From NCBI GenBank assembly GCA_030390025.1, contig CM059432.1, positions 78,370,001 to 78,434,000 on the forward strand: 64,000 bases of DNA. Direction: 5' to 3'. The translations under genes were made by a program, and so were the position numbers. The notes beneath the pieces were generated by a model. The model was given only the letters and a program-made list of their open reading frames with translations, had not been told where the DNA came from and did not search any database. This DNA comes from Squalus acanthias. Taxonomy: Eukaryota. Positions within the stretch are counted from its first letter, which is position 1. Each line of letters starts with the position of its first letter. Positions 47,225 through 62,155 of the stretch are shown piece by piece.

Positions 47225-50200
47225 GACTGGGAGCAAGTGGTCTGACCAGAACCCTTGAAGTCAGAAGCAAGGCCTTCTCCACTTGCAGCATCACTTCCTG
47301 TCACCTCACCAACTTTAAACAACTCTTGAAAGCTCCAGACAGTTCCACAAACTTATACAGAGCCATTAGAAATCAAAAACCAAGTTACATGAAAGTTGTT
47401 GATAACCCTTTAAATATCACTGGTGGTGGGGGGGGTTGTCATTCCTGCTGCTGAACACATGTGCGAGGTTAACACAGGGCGTTAGTTCCAGCGATGATGA
47501 CAAAAATGGCACGCTGATTGACGTCACGATCTGCCTACTTACCATTCTTCCAGCGCATGCTCCCAATGGCTGCCCTATCGCCCTCACCAAGATGGTGTCT
47601 GGCGCGGCCCGCACCAGAAGTGTGCGCACTGCTTGGACACCATTTTGGACCCAATTCGGCATCTGTAGCACCCAAACAATGGGCGCTACGCAACCAAATT
47701 TCTAAGCTTTAATCTTTCTTAGCCTTCTAAGGTCCATTCGATACACTTTCTTGGCTTTTGAAGACTTGCTTCAAGACTCTTTATCATTTGATTTAACCTT
47801 CTAATCCATCTAAGAACATCTCCTGAACCTTCTTAATTTTTGGGTGACTAAGTACGGACTTAAATACTTTAGAATACCATCAAGGGAATCCTGCTTAGAG
47901 GACATGCTAATTACTGACCAATAAAGATGGTCAATTCAATCACATGGATCTTTTCCAATTTGTTATTCAACTAGATAGACACAGGTCAGAAACTACAAAT
48001 GTCAGATTTTAATTAGTTTGACAAAGAACAGGTCTCCAATTAGGTCTTATACACCTTTCCCTATTATCATGTTTAATTAATAATAATGGAAACCTTTTCT
48101 GATATCAGGGTTGTTCAAGGCTCTGCCATCCTTATCTATCAAGAAGCATAACATATTACAGTGTGTTGGTTTGCAACTTTGCTTTAGCCGAGTTCTAGCT
48201 GGTTCCAGGGTGTTAATTGAGACATCTGGTGATACTAGGATTGTATGAATCCTTTGTCCATGTCTATTTCCCAAAGTCCAAGGATTAACCCTTTTAGCTT
48301 TCTCAGAATGCTTGCAGTTTATCTAGAATGAATAATTTTCCTACACACTTGAAGTGTTGCCAGAAATTTTCTATAAATGTTTGCAGTTGCCTGAGTTTTG
48401 GCATTCAACAACATTTAGTTTCATGGGGCATAAGGGAGGTACTGTGCCAATAGTTTTTTGGGGGGAGGGTGATGGGTGAAAGAAAGAAATGATATAAGGA
48501 TCACTGTCCCCACTGGGGGAGTAGGTCACCATAGCAGTCATATCATATTTTTACAATTTATTTTCTAATTTGAAATGTTTACAGTCAAAGTGAATGAATC
48601 TTTTCACTTCCAGGGTGTGTGGGCGGCCATTCTTCCTAGATGATGGCATGTCCCAGTGTGGCTCTTGCATGGTACGCAATGACATTGGAAATACAAGCTA
48701 AAGTTCATATGATTATTTGAAGTAATTTTTAATGCCGTAATGCTACCAAATGCATTCCTCACATTATTATGTGCTAGATTCATTTCATTATCATGAAAAA
48801 AAGTTTTTCATAGTTTAGCAACACATGACATAATGATGTAAATCATGTTGAAATGCATTATTGTATCATGTATGCATTATGCCATCATAAATGTCGAGCT
48901 GTCGAAAAGCCTTGTACCAGCCTGTGGTATTGAGATTGCATTTGACTTTGTGAATACTTGAATTTTAGGAGCTACAAAGCTGAAAAGACTCCAAACATTA
49001 GCCAATTCTTACCCACACAATACAATATTGGTCTTAACATTCTCCACATTGCTACTTCAGCAAATACACAAACTGATTTACAGTACAAAAGAAAAAGAAA
49101 AACCTTGATTTATTTCTTAATTATAGAATATTCAATTTAAATTCAATTGTTATCAATTGGGATGGCAGATTGTACAAAAGAAATTAAGCTTGGTCATGGG
49201 AACATCTCACATCTCTTCAGGAATATTGAAGCATCTTTCATGTATAATAGTTACTTTGTGGAACAATGAACAAATAAAATAAAACTCAGATAAAGTGCAA
49301 TAATGCTCTATGGGGAAAGTTCTTTCAATGACTCAGTTATATCATTAATTAAGAGGCTTCTAAATAGTAGGTTAAACTTTGCTTAGCAGTATCACTCTGC
49401 ATCATGCGGAAACCTGATGCCACACATGTGCTTACTTGACATAAATTGTAAGCTCTGTCATGAGGGCCATTATTGATAATTTAGCGTCGGCATTCAGAAA
49501 GCGTTTTAAAATGTATTGAGTACAGAAGGGGAGAGGTAGGATATGAAATTAAATCATTTGGGTTAACATGGTCTTTTCAATCTTAATTGCTATTGTTATG
49601 TTAGAATACTAAACACTCAATAAGACCAATGATGAAGAAATATGAGAAAGCTACCGACACAGCTAAAATAATTGGTGGACAGTCTGATTTAAGAAATCAA
49701 CAGGCAGCGAAATGTGACAACAGTAGTAACAGATGAATATGCACTTAATAGATTAATCAGAAGAAATGTTTCTGTAGAATAATTGTAAATTAAAAGACCT
49801 AATAAAGGGCACTTCAGTTTGTACAATAACTAAAAAGCAGCAACTTAATTGTGTAGCTGCAGATAGAATGAAAACAAATGGTTTTCTAGGAACCCTAATC
49901 ACAGCCTACGGAACTTGAGAAAATGAAAAGATGTGTGGGATTGATGGTGTCATTGCTGTGAAAGGTTTACAATTTAAGAGACTTTCTAATGGAAATCAGT
50001 TAGATGAGTCACACTCAGTCTATCACTAAATACTTTTGGACCACTTAAACTATTGAATTTAAATTGCTTAATGGACATTGAAAGAATTTTTTGTATCTTT
50101 AAACATGAAATTACATTTTGCAAATATACCCTTGAAAGAATGGTCGTTATCTTCCTCAAAGTGAGAGATTCTGAGGAGGCACTACACACCATGAAAAATG

Positions 50201-53200
50201 TTTGAGATGTGAGGAGCATTAATCATTGCAATTTACACGCTGTTAATAAAAGGCAGTCATCAGGGCACCTCCAGTAACTACAATAGTAAAACTTTTACTG
50301 CACCCTGTGTATAGCAGCAAATATATTTGTCCTGAAATCTGAACTTTGATATCTTACATGTGTGTAGGAATTGTTCTTTACCTTTTTCTTGAGGAACGAT
50401 GGTAGTATTGATTGACACTATCCCTCATCTCTATCCCCTTTAAGTATAATCCACAATATATTATTGATAGTCATTATACACTGTCTTTTTATTGTATTTG
50501 ATCAAATAGCTTCAAAATATGAACAAAGTGCCCTGAATTATAAAGTAGATAACATAGTGCACCACCAGCATGAATAGACATCCACATGACTACCTTCATG
50601 TTGTCTTCGAAATCAGTGTAGTTCCATGTATTCAACATAAAGTGAGGTGGGATTAATATTTAGTATAAACTTTCCTAAATATTAATGTGATAGACTTACG
50701 TGTCAAAACTAATTTAAGGAAGGAAATAGCCAAAATGTACATAAGTATGTGATTCACGAATCTGGAGACATTCAAATATGACATAGCTCTACTCTTGACA
50801 GTGTATCGACAGAAAGACAGTTGACCTTTAGGTTTGTCTCATAGAAAAAATGTAATTTCTATTCTAGGATTCCATTTGAAACTAGGTGTGATCTAAATGT
50901 GTGGGAGAGATATCTACCAGCAAACAACTTCATAATTAGCATACTAATAATAGGAAAATATATTAGTCTTAGGGCTAAATAACAGTTGTAATCTGCTTGA
51001 AACTTGAGTAGTAGTTACACATTTTGACATAACTGATTTGAAGCCCTTGGCCTAACTAAGGCAAAATTTTACTGTAAGTATATGTAACAAAATAAAAAAT
51101 AACAGAGAAATTAAAAAGAAAAGAAAGAAGATAGATGCAGCAATGTTATATAAGAAATTAAAAAATATATAGAAGTATTAAGATCAAAATGTAGAAGGTT
51201 TTCATCCACACAAATATATTGAGTCATCAGTGGGGCAAGATAGAGCTAGTAAACGCAATGGGAGGAGCTCCTCCGGTCACTATAGATAGAGATAGTTAAT
51301 TAGTTAATACAATGGGAAGCGTTCTCCCGGTCACTATAGATAGCGATAGTAAACACAATGGGAAGAGGTCCTGAGGTCACTATAGATAACAATAGTAAAC
51401 ACAATGGGAAGAGTTCTTCCGGTCAATATAAATAGAGATAGTAATCATAATGGGAAGAGTTCTTCTGGTCACTATCAACAGAGATAGTAAACACAATGGG
51501 AAGTGTTCCTCCAGTCACTATCGATAGAGATAGTAAGCACAATGGGTAGAGATCCTCCGGTCACTAAAGATAACGATAGTAAACACAATGGGAAGAGTTC
51601 CTCCGGACACTATAGATAGAGATAGTAAACACAATAGCAAAAATTCCACTGGTCACTATCGATAGCGATAGTAAACACAATGGGAAGAGCTCCTCCGGTC
51701 ACTATAGATAGAGATAGTAAACACAATGGAAAGAGCTCCTCCGGTCACTATAGATAGAGATAGTAAACACAATGGGAAGAGTTCCACTGGTCACTATCGA
51801 TAGCTATAGTAAACACAATGGGAAGAGTTCCACTGGTGACTATCGATAGCGATAGTAAACACAATGGGAAGAGTTCCACTGGTGACTATCGATAGAGATA
51901 GTAAACACAATGGGAAGAGCACCTCTGGTCACTATCAATAGAGATAGTAAACACAATGGGAAGAGTTCCTGTGGTCACTATAGATAGAGATAGTAAACAC
52001 AATGGGAAGAGCACCTCTGGTCACTATCAATAGAGATAGTAAACACAATGGGCAGAGTTCCTGTGGTCACTATAGATAGAAATAGTAAACACAATGGGAA
52101 GAGTTTGGCTGGTCACTATCGATAGAGATAGTAAACACAATGGGAAAAGTTCTTCTGCTCACTATAGATAGCGATAGTAAACACAATGGGAAGAGCTCCT
52201 CCGGTCACTATAGATAACAACACTAAACACAATTGGTAGAGTTCCTTCGGTCACGATCGATAGAGATAGTAAACACATTGGGAAGAGCAATTCTAGTCAC
52301 TATAGATAGAGATAGTAAACATAATGGAAAGAGCTCCTCTGGTCACTATAGATAGAGATAGTAAACACAATGGGAAGAGTTCCACTGGTGACTATAGATA
52401 GCGATAGTAAACGCAATGGGAAGAGCTCCTCCGGTCACTATAGATAACAATACTAAACACAATTGGTAGAGTTCCTTCGGTCATGATCGATAGAGATAGT
52501 AAACACATTGGGAAGAGCAATTCTAGTCACTATCGATAGAGATAGTAAACACAATGGGAAGAATTCGGCTGGTCACTATCGATAGCGATAGTAAACACAA
52601 TGGGAAGAATTCGGCTGGTCACTATTGATAGAGATAGTAAACACAATGGGAAGAGTTCATTTGGTCACTATAGATAACGATAGTAAACACAATTGGTAGA
52701 GTTCCTTCTGTCACTATTGATAGAGATAGGAAACACAATGGGCAGAGCTCCTCCGGTCACTATAGATAGAGATAGTAAACACAATGGGAAGAGCTCCTCA
52801 GGTCACTATAGATAACGATAGTAAACACAATGGGAAGAGTTCCTCCGGTCATTATAGATAGAGATAGTAAACACAATGGGAAGAGCTCCTCTGGTCACTA
52901 TCGATAGGGACAGTAAACACAATGGGAAGAGTTCCTGCAGTCACTATAGATAGCGATAGTAAACACAATGATAAGAGTTCGGCTGGTCACTATCGACATA
53001 GATAGTAAACACAATGGGAAGCGTTCATTTGGTCACTATAGATAACGATAGTAAACACAATTGGTAGGGTTCCTTCGGTCACTATCGATAGAGACAGTAA
53101 ACACAATGGGAAGAGTTCCACTGGTCACTATCAATAGAGATAGTAAACACAATGGGAAGAGTTCCTCTGGTCACTATAAATAGCGATAGTAAACACAATG

Positions 53201-56200
53201 GGAAGAGTTTGTCTGGTCACTATCGATAGAGATAGTAAACACAATGTGAAGAGTTCCTCCAGTCACTATAGATGGAGATAGTAAACACAATGGGAAGAGT
53301 TCTCCCGGTCACTATAGATAGCGATAGTAAACACAATGGGAAGAGTTCTTCCAGTCACTATAGATAGAGATAGTAAACACAATGGGAAGAGTTCATCTGG
53401 TCACTATCGATAGAGATAGTAATCACAATGGGAAGAGTTTTCCCGGACACTATAGAGAGAGATAGTAAACACAATGGGAAGAGCTCCTCAGGTCACTATA
53501 GATAACAATAGTAAACACAATGGGAAGAGTTCATCCGGTCAATATAAATAGAGATAGTAATCATAATGGGAAGAGTTCTTCTGGTCACTATCAATAGAGA
53601 TAGTAAACACAATGGGAAGAGTTCTTCCGGTCAATATAAATAGAGATAGTAAACACAATGGGACGTGTTCCTCCGGTCACTATCGATAGAGATAGTAAGC
53701 ACAATGGGTAGAGATCCTCCGGTCACTATAGGTAACGATAGTAAACACAATGGGAAGAGTTCCTCCGGACAGTATAGGTAGAGATAGTAAACACAATGGG
53801 AAGAGTTCCACTGGTCACTATCGATAGCGATAGTAAACACAGTGGGAAGAGCTCCTCCGGTCATTGTAGATAGAGATAGTAAACATAATGGGAAGAGTTC
53901 CTCCGGACAGTATAGATAGAGATACTAAACACAATGGGAAGAGAACCTCTGGTCACTTTTGATAGCGATAGTAAAAACAATGGGAAGAGCTCCTCCAGTC
54001 ACTATAGATAGAGATAGTAAACACAATGGGAAGAGTTCCACTGGTCACTATCGATAGCTATAGTAAACACAATGGGAAGAGCTCCTCTGGTCACTATAGA
54101 TAGAGATAGTAAACACAATGGGAAGAGTTCCACTGGTCACTGTCGATAGCGATAGTAAACACAATGGGAAGAGCTCCTCTGGTCACTATAGATAGAGATA
54201 GTAAACACAATGGGAAGAGTTCCACTGGTCACTATCGATAGAGATAGTAAACACAATGGGAAAAGTTCTTCTGGTCACTTTAGATAGCAATAGTAAACAC
54301 AATGGGAAGAGCTCCTCCGGTCACTATAGATAACAATACTAAACACAATTGGTAGAGTTCCTTCGGTCACGATCGATAGAGACAGTAAACACAATGGGAA
54401 AGGTTCCTCTGGTAAATAATGTTGGAGATAGTAAATACAATGGCAAGAGTTCCTCCAGTCACCATAGGTAGAGATAGTAAACACAATGGGAAGTGTTCCT
54501 CCGGTCACTATTGACAGAGATAGCAAACACAATGGGAAGAGTTCCTCCGGTCACTATAGATAACGATAGTAATCACAATAGGAAGAGTTCCTCTGGTCAC
54601 AATCGATAGAGATAGTAAACACAATTGGAAGAGTTCTTCCGGTCACTATAGATAGCGATAGTAAACACAATGGGAAGAGTTCGGCTGGTCATGATCGATA
54701 GCGATAGTAAACACAATGGGAAGAGCAATTCTAGTCACTATCGATAGACAGAGTAAACACAATGGGAAGAGTTCTTCCGGTCACTATAGATAGCGATAGT
54801 AAACACAATGGGAAGAGTTCGGCTGGTCATGATCGATAGCGATAGTAAACACAATGGGAAGAGCTCCTCAGGTCATTATAGATAACGATAGTAAACACAA
54901 TTGGTAGAGTTCCTTCGGTCACTATCGATAGAGACAGTAAACACAATGGGTAGAGTTCCTCCGGTCATTATAGATAGAGATAGTAAACACAATGGGAAGA
55001 GCACCTCTAGTCACTATCGATAGAGATAGTAAACACAATGGGAAAGAGTTCTTCCGGTCACTATAGATAGCGATAGTAAACACAATGCGAAGAGTTCGGC
55101 TGATCACTATCGATAGAAATAGTAAACACAATGGGAAGAGTTCATTTGGTCACTATTGATAACAATGGTAAACACAATTGGATGAGTTCCTTCGGTCACT
55201 ATCGATAGAGATAGGAAACACAATGGGAAGAGCACCTCTAGTCACTATCGATAGAGATAGTAAACACAATGGGAAAGAGTTCTTCCGGTCACTATAGATA
55301 GCGATAGTAAACACAATGCGAAGAGTTCGGCTGATCACTATCGATAGAAATAGTAAACACAATGGGAAGAGTTCATTTGGTCACTATTGATAACAATGGT
55401 AAACACAATTGGATGAGTTCCTTCGGTCACTATCGATAGAGATAGGAAACACAATGGGAAGAGTTCCTACGGTCACTATTGATGGAGATAGTAAACACAA
55501 TGGGAAGAGTTCCTACGGTCACTATAGATAGCGATAGTAAACACAATGGGAAGAGCACCTCCGGTCACTATTGATAGAGATTGTAAACACAATGGGAAGA
55601 GCTCCTCCAGTCACTATAGATAGAGATAGTAAGCACAATGGGAAGTGTTTCCCCGGTCACTATAGATAACGATAGTAAATACAATGGGAAGAGTTCCTCT
55701 GGTCACTATCGATAGAGATCGTAAACACAATGGGAAGAGTTCCTCTGGTCACTATCGATTGCGATAGTAAATACAATGGGAAAAGTTCCTCTGGTCACTA
55801 TCGATAGAGATAGTAAACACAATGGGAGGAGCTCCTCTGATCATTATAGATAGAGATAGTAAACACAATGGGAAGAGTTCCTCTGGTCACTATCGATAGA
55901 GATAGTAAACACAGTGGGAAGAGTTCCTCCGGTCACTATAGATAACGATAGTAAACACAATAGGAAGAGTTCCTCCGGTCACAATCGATAGAGATAGTAA
56001 ACACAATGGGAAGAGCAATTCTAGTCACTATCGATAGAGATAGTAAACACAATGGGAAGAGTTCTTCCGGTCACTATAGATAGTGATAGTAAACACAATG
56101 CGAAGAGTTCGGCTGGTCACGATCGATAGCGATAGTAAACACAATGGGAAGAGCAATTCTAGTCACTATCGATAGACAGAGTAAACACAATGGGAAGAGT

Positions 56201-57000
56201 TCCTTCTGTCACTATTGATAGAGATAGTAAACACAATGGGTAGAGTTCCTCCGGTCATTATAGATAGAGATAGTAAACACAATGAGAAGAGCTCCTCTGG
56301 TCACTATCGATAGCGATAGTAAACACAATGGGAAGAGTTCGGTTGGTCATGATCGATAGCGATAGTAAACACAATGGGAAGAGCAATTCTAGTCACTATC
56401 GATAGACAGAGTAAACACAATGGGAAGAGTTCTTCCGGTCACTATAGATAGCGATAGTAAACACAATGGGAAGAGTTCGGCTGGTCATGATTGTTAGCGA
56501 TAGTAAACACAATGGGAAGAGCTCCTCAGGTCTCTATAGATAACGATAGTAAACACAATTGGTAGAGTTCCTTCTGTCACTATCGATAGAGATAGTAAAC
56601 ACAATGGGTAGAGTTCCTCCAGTCATTATAGATAGAGATAGTAAACACAATGGGAAGAGCACCTCTAGTCACTATCGATAGAGATAGTAAACACAATGGG
56701 AAAGAGTTCTTCCGGTCACTATAGATAGCGATAGTAAACACAATGCGAAGAGTTTGGCTGATCACTATCGATAGAAATAGTAAACACAATGGGAAGAGTT
56801 CATTTGGTCACTCCAGATAACAATAGTAAACACAATTGGTAGAGTTCCTTCGGTCACTATCGATAGAGATAGGAAACACAATGGGTAGAGTTCCTCCGGT
56901 CACTATAGATAGAGATAGTAAACACAATGGGAAGAGCACCTCCGGTCACTATAGATAGAGATAGTAAACACAATGGGAAGTGTTTCCCCGGTCACTATAG

Positions 57001-58526
57001 AGAAGTATGATTTTTCAGAATTCATTAGACTCGGGAACAGTGCCCATGGATTGGAGGGTAGCTAACGTTACCCCACTATTCAAAAAGGGGGGTAGGGAAA
57101 AAGCAGGTAATTACAGACCTGTAAGCCTTACATCAGTTGTGGGCAAAATGCTGGAGTCCATCATTAAGGATGAAATAGCGGAGCACTTAGCAAATGGGGA
57201 CAGGATAGGACAGAGTCAACATGGATTTACAAAGGGTAAATCGTGCTTGACTAATCTATTGGAATTTTTTGAGGGAGTAACTGGTAAAATAGATGGGGGA
57301 GAGCCAGTAGATGTGGTGTACCTGGACTTCCAAAAGGCCTTCGATAAGGTCCCACATAAAAGATTAGCATGGAAAATTGAAGCTCATGGGATAAAGGGGA
57401 AAGTATTGACGTGGATAGAGAACTGGCTGTCAGATAGAAAACAGAGAGTTGGAATAAACGGCTCATTTTCTGAATGGCAGGCAGTAACAAGTGGGGTACC
57501 ACAGGGATCTGTCCTGGGTCCCCAGCTGTTCACAATTTACATTAATGACCTGGATCAGGGAGTCGGATGCAGCATTTCCAAATTTGCAGACGACACTAAA
57601 CTAGGAGGGGGGGTGGGCTCAGAGGAGGAGACCAGGAAGCTCCAGAGCGATTTGGACAGACTGGGGGATTGGGCGGATAAATGGCAGATGCACTATAATG
57701 TGGACAAGTGCGAAGTTATCCACCTTGGGTGCAGGAACGGGAGGGCAAATTATTATTTAAATGGCAATAAATTGGGAGAGGGGGAAGTACAGAGAGACCT
57801 GGGTGTTCTTGTACACCAGTCACTGAAGGCGAGCATGCAGGTGCAACAGGCGGTCAAGAAGGCAAACGGTATGCTGGCCTTCATAGCAAAAGGGTTGGAA
57901 TACAGGAACAGGGATACCTTGCTGCAGCTGTACAGGGCACTGGTGAGACCACACCTCGAGTACTGTGTACAGTTTTGGTCACCTCATCTGAGGAAAGATG
58001 TTCTTGCCATGGAGGGGGTGCAGCGGCGATTCACCAGGCTGATACCAGGAATGGCGGGATTGACCTATGAGGAGAGACTATGTAGTTTAGGGATGTACAC
58101 ACTGGAGTTTAGAAGATTGAGAGGGGACCTCATAGAAGTGTATAAAATTCTGACAGGTCTAGACAGACTAGATGCAGAAGGAATGTTTCCCTTGGCGGGT
58201 GAGAACAGAACTAGAGGACATAATTTAAGGATAAGGGCTAAACCATTTAGGACAGAAATGAGGGGGAATTTCTTCACTCAGAGGGTGGTGAACCTGTGGA
58301 ACTCATTGCCACAGAGGGCAGTGTACGCCAGCTCATTAAATATATTTAAGAGGGAATTAGATATATTTCTACAGGCAAAAGGGGTTAAGGGTTACGGAGA
58401 GAAGGCGGGGACGGGATACTGAATTGGAGGATCAGCCATGATCTCATTAAATGGCGGAGCAGGCTCGAAGGGCCGGATGGCCTACTCCTGCTCCTATCTT
58501 CTATGTAATCTATGTAATCTATGTAA
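57001..58526 (+). mobile_element. Young 5'-truncated CR1 in satellite, copy 1 (open RT ORF 57007-58422)
   Basis: Uninterrupted 471-aa RT/C-terminal ORF with FADD; (CTATGTAAT)n tail. Confidence 0.97.
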
Positions 58527-60629
58527 ATACAATGGGAAGAGTTCCTCTGGTCGCTATCGATAGAGATCGTAAACACAATGGGAAGAGTTCCTCTGGTTAC
58601 TATCGATTGCGATAGTAAATACAATGGGAAAAGTTCCTCTGGTCACTATCGATAGAGATAGTAAACACAATGGGAAGAGCTCCTCCAGTCACTATAGAAC
58701 GAGATAGTAAACACAATGGGAGGAGCTCCTCTGATCATTATAGATAGAGATAGTAAACACAATGGGAAGAGTTCCTCTGGTTACTATCGATAGAGATAGT
58801 AAATACAATGGGAAGAGTTCCTCCGGTCACTATAGATAACGATGGTAAACACAGTAGGAAGAGTTCCTCTGATCACAATCGATAGAGATAGTAAACACAA
58901 TGGGAAGAGCAAATCTAGTCACTATCGATAGAGATAGTAAACACAATGGGAAGAGTTCTTCCGGTCACTATAGATAGCGATAGTAAACACAATGGGAAGA
59001 GTTCCTGCAGTCAGTATAGATAGTGATAGTAAACACCATGCGAAGAGTTCGGCTGGTCACGATCGATAGCGATAGTAAACACAATGGGAAGAGCTCCTCA
59101 GGTCACTTTAGATAACGATAGTCAACACAATTGGTAGAGTTCCTTCTGTCACTATTGATAGAGATAGTAAACACAATGGGTAGAGTTCCTCCGGTCATTA
59201 TAGATAGAGATAGTAAACACAATGGGAAGAGTTCCACTGGTCACTATCGATAGCTATAGTAAACACAATGGGAAGAGCTCCTCTGGTCACTATAGATAGA
59301 GATAGTAAACACAATGGGAAGAGTTCCTCTGGTTACTATCGATAGAGATAGTAAATACAATGGGAAGAGTTCCTCCGGTCACTATAGATAACGATGGTAA
59401 ACACAGTAGGAAGAGTTCCTCTGATCACAATCGATAGAGATAGTAAACACAATGGGAAGAGCAAATCTAGTCACTATCGATAGAGATAGTAAACACAATG
59501 GGAAGAGTTCTTCCGGTCACTATAGATAGCGATAGTAAACACAATGGGAAGAGTTCCTGCAGTCAGTATAGATAGTGATAGTAAACACCATGCGAAGAGT
59601 TCGGCTGGTCACGATCGATAGCGATAGTAAACACAATGGGAAGAGCTCCTCAGGTCACTTTAGATAACGATAGTCAACACAATTGGTAGAGTTCCTTCTG
59701 TCACTATTGATAGAGATAGTAAACACAATGGGTAGAGTTCCTCCGGTCATTATAGATAGAGATAGTAAACACAATGGGAAGAGTTCCACTGGTCACTATC
59801 GATAGCTATAGTAAACACAATGGGAAGAGCTCCTCTGGTCACTATAGATAGAGATAGTAAACACAATGGGAAGAGTTCCACTGGTCACTATAGATAGAGA
59901 TAGTAAACACAATGGGAAGAGTTCCACTGGTCACTGTCGATAGCGATAGTAAACACAATGGGAAGAGCTCCTCTGGTCACTATAGACAGAGATAGTAAAC
60001 ACAATGGGAAGAGTTCCACTGGTCACTATAGATAGAGATAGTAAACACAATTGGAAGAGTTTTGCTGGTCACTATCGATAGAGATAGTAAACACAATGGG
60101 AAAAGTTCTTCTGGTCACTTTAGATAGCAATAGTAAACACAATGGGAAGAGCTCCTCCGGTCACTATAGATAACAATACTAAACACAATTGGTAGAGTTC
60201 CTTCGGTCACGATCGATAGAGATAGTAAACACAATGGGAAGAGTTCCTCTGGTCACTATTGATAGAGACAGTAAACACAATGGGAAAGGTTCCTCTGGTA
60301 AATAATGTTGGAGATAGTAAATACAATGGCAAGAGTTCCTCCAGTCACCATAGGTAGAGATAATAAACACAAAGGCAAGTGTTCCTCCGGTCACTATAGA
60401 TAGAGATAGTAAACACAATGGGAAGTGTTCCTCCGGTCACTATTGACAGAGATAGCAAACACAATGGGAAGAGTTCCTCCGGTCACTATAGATAACGATA
60501 GTAAACACAATAGGAAGAGTTCCTCTGGTCACAATCGATAGAGATAGTAAACACAATTGGAAGAGTTCCTCTGGTCACTATCGATAGAGATAGTAAACAC
60601 AATGGGAAGTGTTTCCCCGGTCACTATAG

Positions 60630-62155
60630 AGAAGTATGATTTTTCAGAATTCATTAGACTCGGGAACAGTGCCCATGGATTGGAGGGTAGCTAACGTTAC
60701 CCCACTATTCAAAAAGGGGGGTAGGGAAAAAGCAGGTAATTACAGACCTGTAAGCCTTACATCAGTTGTGGGCAAAATGCTGGAGTCCATCATTAAGGAT
60801 GAAATAGCGGAGCACTTAGCAAATGGGGACAGGATAGGACAGAGTCAACATGGATTTACAAAGGGTAAATCGTGCTTGACTAATCTATTGGAATTTTTTG
60901 AGGGAGTAACTGGTAAAATAGATGGGGGAGAGCCAGTAGATGTGGTGTACCTGGACTTCCAAAAGGCCTTCGATAAGGTCCCACATAAAAGATTAGCATG
61001 GAAAATTGAAGCTCATGGGATAAAGGGGAAAGTATTGACGTGGATAGAGAACTGGCTGTCAGATAGAAAACAGAGAGTTGGAATAAACGGCTCATTTTCT
61101 GAATGGCAGGCAGTAACAAGTGGGGTACCACAGGGATCTGTCCTGGGTCCCCAGCTGTTCACAATTTACATTAATGACCTGGATCAGGGAGTCGGATGCA
61201 GCATTTCCAAATTTGCAGACGACACTAAACTAGGAGGGGGGGTGGGCTCAGAGGAGGAGACCAGGAAGCTCCAGAGCGATTTGGACAGACTGGGGGATTG
61301 GGCGGATAAATGGCAGATGCACTATAATGTGGACAAGTGCGAAGTTATCCACCTTGGGTGCAGGAACGGGAGGGCAAATTATTATTTAAATGGCAATAAA
61401 TTGGGAGAGGGGGAAGTACAGAGAGACCTGGGTGTTCTTGTACACCAGTCACTGAAGGCGAGCATGCAGGTGCAACAGGCGGTCAAGAAGGCAAACGGTA
61501 TGCTGGCCTTCATAGCAAAAGGGTTGGAATACAGGAACAGGGATACCTTGCTGCAGCTGTACAGGGCACTGGTGAGACCACACCTCGAGTACTGTGTACA
61601 GTTTTGGTCGCCTCATCTGAGGAAAGATGTTCTTGCCATGGAGGGGGTGCAGCGGCGATTCACCAGGCTGATACCAGGAATGGCGGGATTGACCTATGAG
61701 GAGAGACTATGTAGTTTAGGGATGTACACACTGGAGTTTAGAAGATTGAGAGGGGACCTCATAGAAGTGTATAAAATTCTGACAGGTCTAGACAGACTAG
61801 ATGCAGAAGGAATGTTTCCCTTGGCGGGTGAGAACAGAACTAGAGGACATAATTTAAGGATAAGGGCTAAACCATTTAGGACAGAAATGAGGGGGAATTT
61901 CTTCACTCAGAGGGTGGTGAACCTGTGGAACGCATTGCCACAGAGGGCAGTGTACGCCAGCTCATTAAATATATTTAAGAGGGAATTAGATATATTTCTA
62001 CAGGCAAAAGGGGTTAAGGGTTACGGAGAGAAGGCGGGGACGGGATACTGAATTGGAGGATCAGCCATGATCTCATTAAATGACGGAGCAGGCTCGAAGG
62101 GCAGGATGGCCTACTCCTGCTCCTATCTTCTATGTAATCTATGTAATCTATGTAA
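60630..62155 (+). mobile_element. Young 5'-truncated CR1 in satellite, copy 2 (open RT ORF 60636-62051)
   Basis: Identical junctions to copy 1; about 4 substitutions seen by eye. Confidence 0.97.

Larger units (their letters stand above)
43738..47707. mobile_element. PIF/Harbinger transposon 2, degraded, mirror orientation to element 1
   Basis: Imperfect TIRs AGAAATTCGGTAGCTCCCA / AGAAATTTGG..TAGCGCCCA; Myb gene on +, transposase on -. Confidence 0.85.

Noticed and set aside
47710..51230. Hidden gene or exons in AT-rich unique DNA (a YY1-like GCGGCCAT occurs at ~48623)
   Set aside because: No recognisable coding signal or structure by eye; an isolated motif is not enough
57007..62051. Autonomous LINEs or a host RT gene pair
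   Set aside because: 5'-truncated with no endonuclease, ORF1 or promoter; the ATG is an internal residue at the truncation point
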